In this document: positions 61,562-64,000 of the stretch, in pieces
Layout of the letters: each line of letters starts with the position of its first letter
Numbering within the stretch: the stretch's first letter is position 1
Source of the DNA: a virus
Taxonomy: Duplodnaviria; Caudoviricetes
Length of the DNA stretch: 64,000 bases
Virus record (IMG/VR): IMGVR_UViG_3300049228_000061
Coordinates: 2,172 to 66,171 of that record
Reading direction: 5' to 3' (one strand)
Program-made: the position numbers and the translations under genes
Notes under the pieces: generated by a model
What the model was told of the DNA's origin: nothing
Seen by the model: the letters and a program-made list of their open reading frames with translations, nothing else
The model's database searches: none

Positions 61562-62256
61562 CCACCGTTCATCAAACTGCAAGCGGAACACTGACAGCGG
61601 CGACACCAGCAATCGCTTCTTTTGCATCGTTGCCAACGGCTGTGCGTTCAGTGATTTCACTGTTCATGGCGGATAATAATTTCAGTCCCGGCGCTGCGAC
61701 AGGGGTGACGGACAATCAGAGCAATACCTACGTCAGCCTGGCCGCTGTAGAGGATGGTGTTGGTGGCAATGCCTGTGATGCTGCTGCCTATTGGGACGAT
61801 TCAATCGGCACGCCAAGCGGCACATTTACTGCGTCAGCGGCTTACACCGGCACGATGAATGCGCTTAACGTCTTGATTGAGGCGAGCGGGCTGTCTGCCA
61901 TTGATCGCGTCACGACGGCCAATGACGGCGGAGTTGTTGCAACATCGAAAACCCTCACCTCTGCGGGTGCTAATGCCAGTGCCACGGCGCTGGTGGTCGC
62001 GATTATCAGTTTGAGCGGATACTCCACACCGTCTGGACTCAATGTACCAACGGGCTACACCGACGTGGCATTTGACGATACCGGGTACGCGAAGCGTGTG
62101 GTGTACAAGATATGTACAGGCTCGGAAACAAGCTCAGTGGCATGGAGTTGGACCGACCTACAGGCATATGCTGCAATTTTACTAACGTTTGATACTTCAG
62201 CGGTAGCGGGCATCGTGCCGGTACTATTGTCACAATATCGTCAGCGGAGAGCATGA
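61558..62256 (+). CDS. virion structural protein (beta-rich)
   Basis: Ser/Thr/Ala-rich, VTDNQSNTY motif; coupled. Confidence 0.7.
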   Translation: MTTVHQTASGTLTAATPAIASFASLPTAVRSVISLFMADNNFSPGAATGVTDNQSNTYVSLAAVEDGVGGNACDAAAYWDDSIGTPSGTFTASAAYTGTMNALNVLIEASGLSAIDRVTTANDGGVVATSKTLTSAGANASATALVVAIISLSGYSTPSGLNVPTGYTDVAFDDTGYAKRVVYKICTGSETSSVAWSWTDLQAYAAILLTFDTSAVAGIVPVLLSQYRQRRA

Positions 62257-62774
62257 TGAGCTTCTTACGATCAAACACAGCGGTCATAGTGACGGTTGGC
62301 CCGTTTTACGACAAAACCGATGGGGTGACGATTGAAACCGCCCTGACCATCACCAACGAGCGCATCACGCTGATTGCGGACACAGATGCAGGTTCGGCAC
62401 CGACCATCATCCTGGACAACGTGACGGGGGCGACTTCTGGCACGTCGAATGACCTGAACTACATCACCGGCAACGATGCTGGCATGATGCAGCTGGAGTT
62501 GTCAGCAGCGGATACCAATCGGGTGGGCCGGATGTCCCTGTCCATCACCGATGCGGCTAACCATGTGCCAGTATTCCATAATTTCATGGTGCTGCCGCAA
62601 AACGTGTATGACGCGCTGATTCTGGGAACTGACTGGCTGCCGGTTACTTCATTGCTGGCGGACTACTCCATCAGCGGTGCGACACTGACGGTGAAAAAGC
62701 AGGATGGCAGCACCACGCAGTTCACCAAAACGATCACAACCGCCGCTGGAAATCCGATTGTGGGATTGGATTGA
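62253..62774 (+). CDS. virion structural protein
   Basis: Coupled 173-aa ORF. Confidence 0.7.
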   Translation: MMSFLRSNTAVIVTVGPFYDKTDGVTIETALTITNERITLIADTDAGSAPTIILDNVTGATSGTSNDLNYITGNDAGMMQLELSAADTNRVGRMSLSITDAANHVPVFHNFMVLPQNVYDALILGTDWLPVTSLLADYSISGATLTVKKQDGSTTQFTKTITTAAGNPIVGLD

Positions 62775-62783
62775 GGAAGCAAC

Positions 62784-63950
62784 ATGAGAGCTTTTCAACG
62801 AACCATTCGCCAGCGGCATGAGCCGATCATTCCAACCAACATCACTAGATTGGAGCGGTGGCTGGGCAAGGATGAGACTCATTTGTTGTCTACGCAATTC
62901 AAGGATTGGTATGGTCCACCTGTTGCGATTGGTGGCGTGCCCGGCAATGTATATGTGACAGGTGGAGGTGAGTTCGTCGGCAAGATTGATATTGGCGATG
63001 AGGTCTCGCACCTGGACATGATGGCTGCGATTTGCGCGCGCGAAAACAATATCCGGCGCATTCATCGTCTGCGTGGCCTGAAGCAGCTGGGTGCATTCAC
63101 GACAATGGATTCGCTGCTGGCAGCTCGATCAGGCGGCAAGGGCCTGGACCTGCTGATCAACAAGGTTGGCGTGACAGCAAACGCCATTGGCAACAGCAAT
63201 GAACTCTGGACGCGAGGCAATCAGCCTGCTGCCGGTGCTGCTGGTGCCGCTGCTCCGGGCGGCACAGCAACCACCAACAGCACCACTGGGCAGTGGGGGT
63301 ATGTAAACCCCTCCAGCGCAAACACAGGACATTTCCTTGGTGGCTGGGTCAGTGGCGGCACAATTGCCAATTCCCTGATGATTATTGATCAGCTGTTCCG
63401 AGTTGCCAAAACCATGAACAGCACTGCAACTGAGGCAGTGACAGGCACGTTCTCGCGGTATCAATCCGCAACCGCAACTGCTGCGGACTACATTGGTGGA
63501 AATTTCTGCTTTCCGGCTAATCCCACCACGGTGCTGGCTGCAACCGCCCATAACTGGACGGTGTGTCAATACACGGACCAGGCTTCCAACACGGCCAACA
63601 GCTTTGCCTCAACGGCAGGTGTATCAGCTTGCGTAGTGGGGGGTATTGATCTGGCAGTGGGAAGTTGGTTCTTACCACTGGCATCCGGTGACGTGGGCGT
63701 AAAGGCGCTGACTCAGATGCAGTGCTCCGCAGCGGTGGCAACTGGCACGATTGATTTTGTTGTTGCGCACGCGCTGGGCATGTTGCCCGTCTGGGTAGCC
63801 AACCAATGCTGCATGATCGACAACCTGACCACGGCTATCGATCAACTGAGCAACGTCTACGACAATGCATGTATCACTGGCTTGGAATTGCTCAAGCCAG
63901 CCACGACCGCAGTGACTTACAATGCGAAGTTGTCATTCTGCGGCGAGTAA
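62784..63950 (+). CDS. virion structural protein
   Basis: 388 aa, Gly/Ala/Thr-rich, LPLASGDVGV motif; RBS GAGGA. Confidence 0.7.
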   Translation: MRAFQRTIRQRHEPIIPTNITRLERWLGKDETHLLSTQFKDWYGPPVAIGGVPGNVYVTGGGEFVGKIDIGDEVSHLDMMAAICARENNIRRIHRLRGLKQLGAFTTMDSLLAARSGGKGLDLLINKVGVTANAIGNSNELWTRGNQPAAGAAGAAAPGGTATTNSTTGQWGYVNPSSANTGHFLGGWVSGGTIANSLMIIDQLFRVAKTMNSTATEAVTGTFSRYQSATATAADYIGGNFCFPANPTTVLAATAHNWTVCQYTDQASNTANSFASTAGVSACVVGGIDLAVGSWFLPLASGDVGVKALTQMQCSAAVATGTIDFVVAHALGMLPVWVANQCCMIDNLTTAIDQLSNVYDNACITGLELLKPATTAVTYNAKLSFCGE

Positions 63951-64000
63951 GCCGCCATCAGAAAGCTAAATGCCACCGCCGGTAGGGTACGTTCAGCAGC

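Noticed and set aside
58986-63950. Diversity-generating retroelement acting on fibre genes (as in BPP-1-like podophages)
   Set aside because: No reverse transcriptase motif and no TR/VR repeat pair were seen.

Overview
The window is most, possibly nearly all, of a tailed dsDNA phage genome of podovirus type. It has a P22-like portal, an N4-gp56/DUF4043-type major capsid protein, adaptor and nozzle genes, and ejection proteins including a 3547-aa polyvalent protein. Transcription blocks alternate: rightward 48.7-64 kb continuing into 0-1 kb (terminase, portal, fibre-like genes), leftward 1-6 kb (tRNA, MTase, replication initiator), rightward 6.2-30.9 kb (head, lysis, tail, ejection), leftward 30.9-33.3 kb, rightward 33.4-40 kb (recombination) and leftward 40.1-48.5 kb (small early genes). 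I see no integrase, polymerase, helicase, reverse transcriptase or CRISPR array. Strongest finding, not explained by the ORF track: a complete ORF-less group I self-splicing intron (58293-58544). It interrupts codon 8 of a putative virion gene and lies directly downstream of a free-standing HNH endonuclease, an arrangement suggesting collaborative homing. Other notable items: a PD-(D/E)XK endonuclease cassette apparently inserted at the DPPY catalytic motif of a DNA methyltransferase, bringing a replacement 5' end; three dispersed DnaA-box triplets with 11-bp period; an initiator-type tRNA-Met with a flipped middle anticodon-stem pair; a SAM-MTase/Maf-like fusion next to the portal; a GH12-like domain lacking its nucleophile in an Fn3 fibre protein; a Tad2-like (DUF2829) protein; and a candidate structured RNA upstream of the terminase. 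All family assignments are by motif recognition, without database searches.
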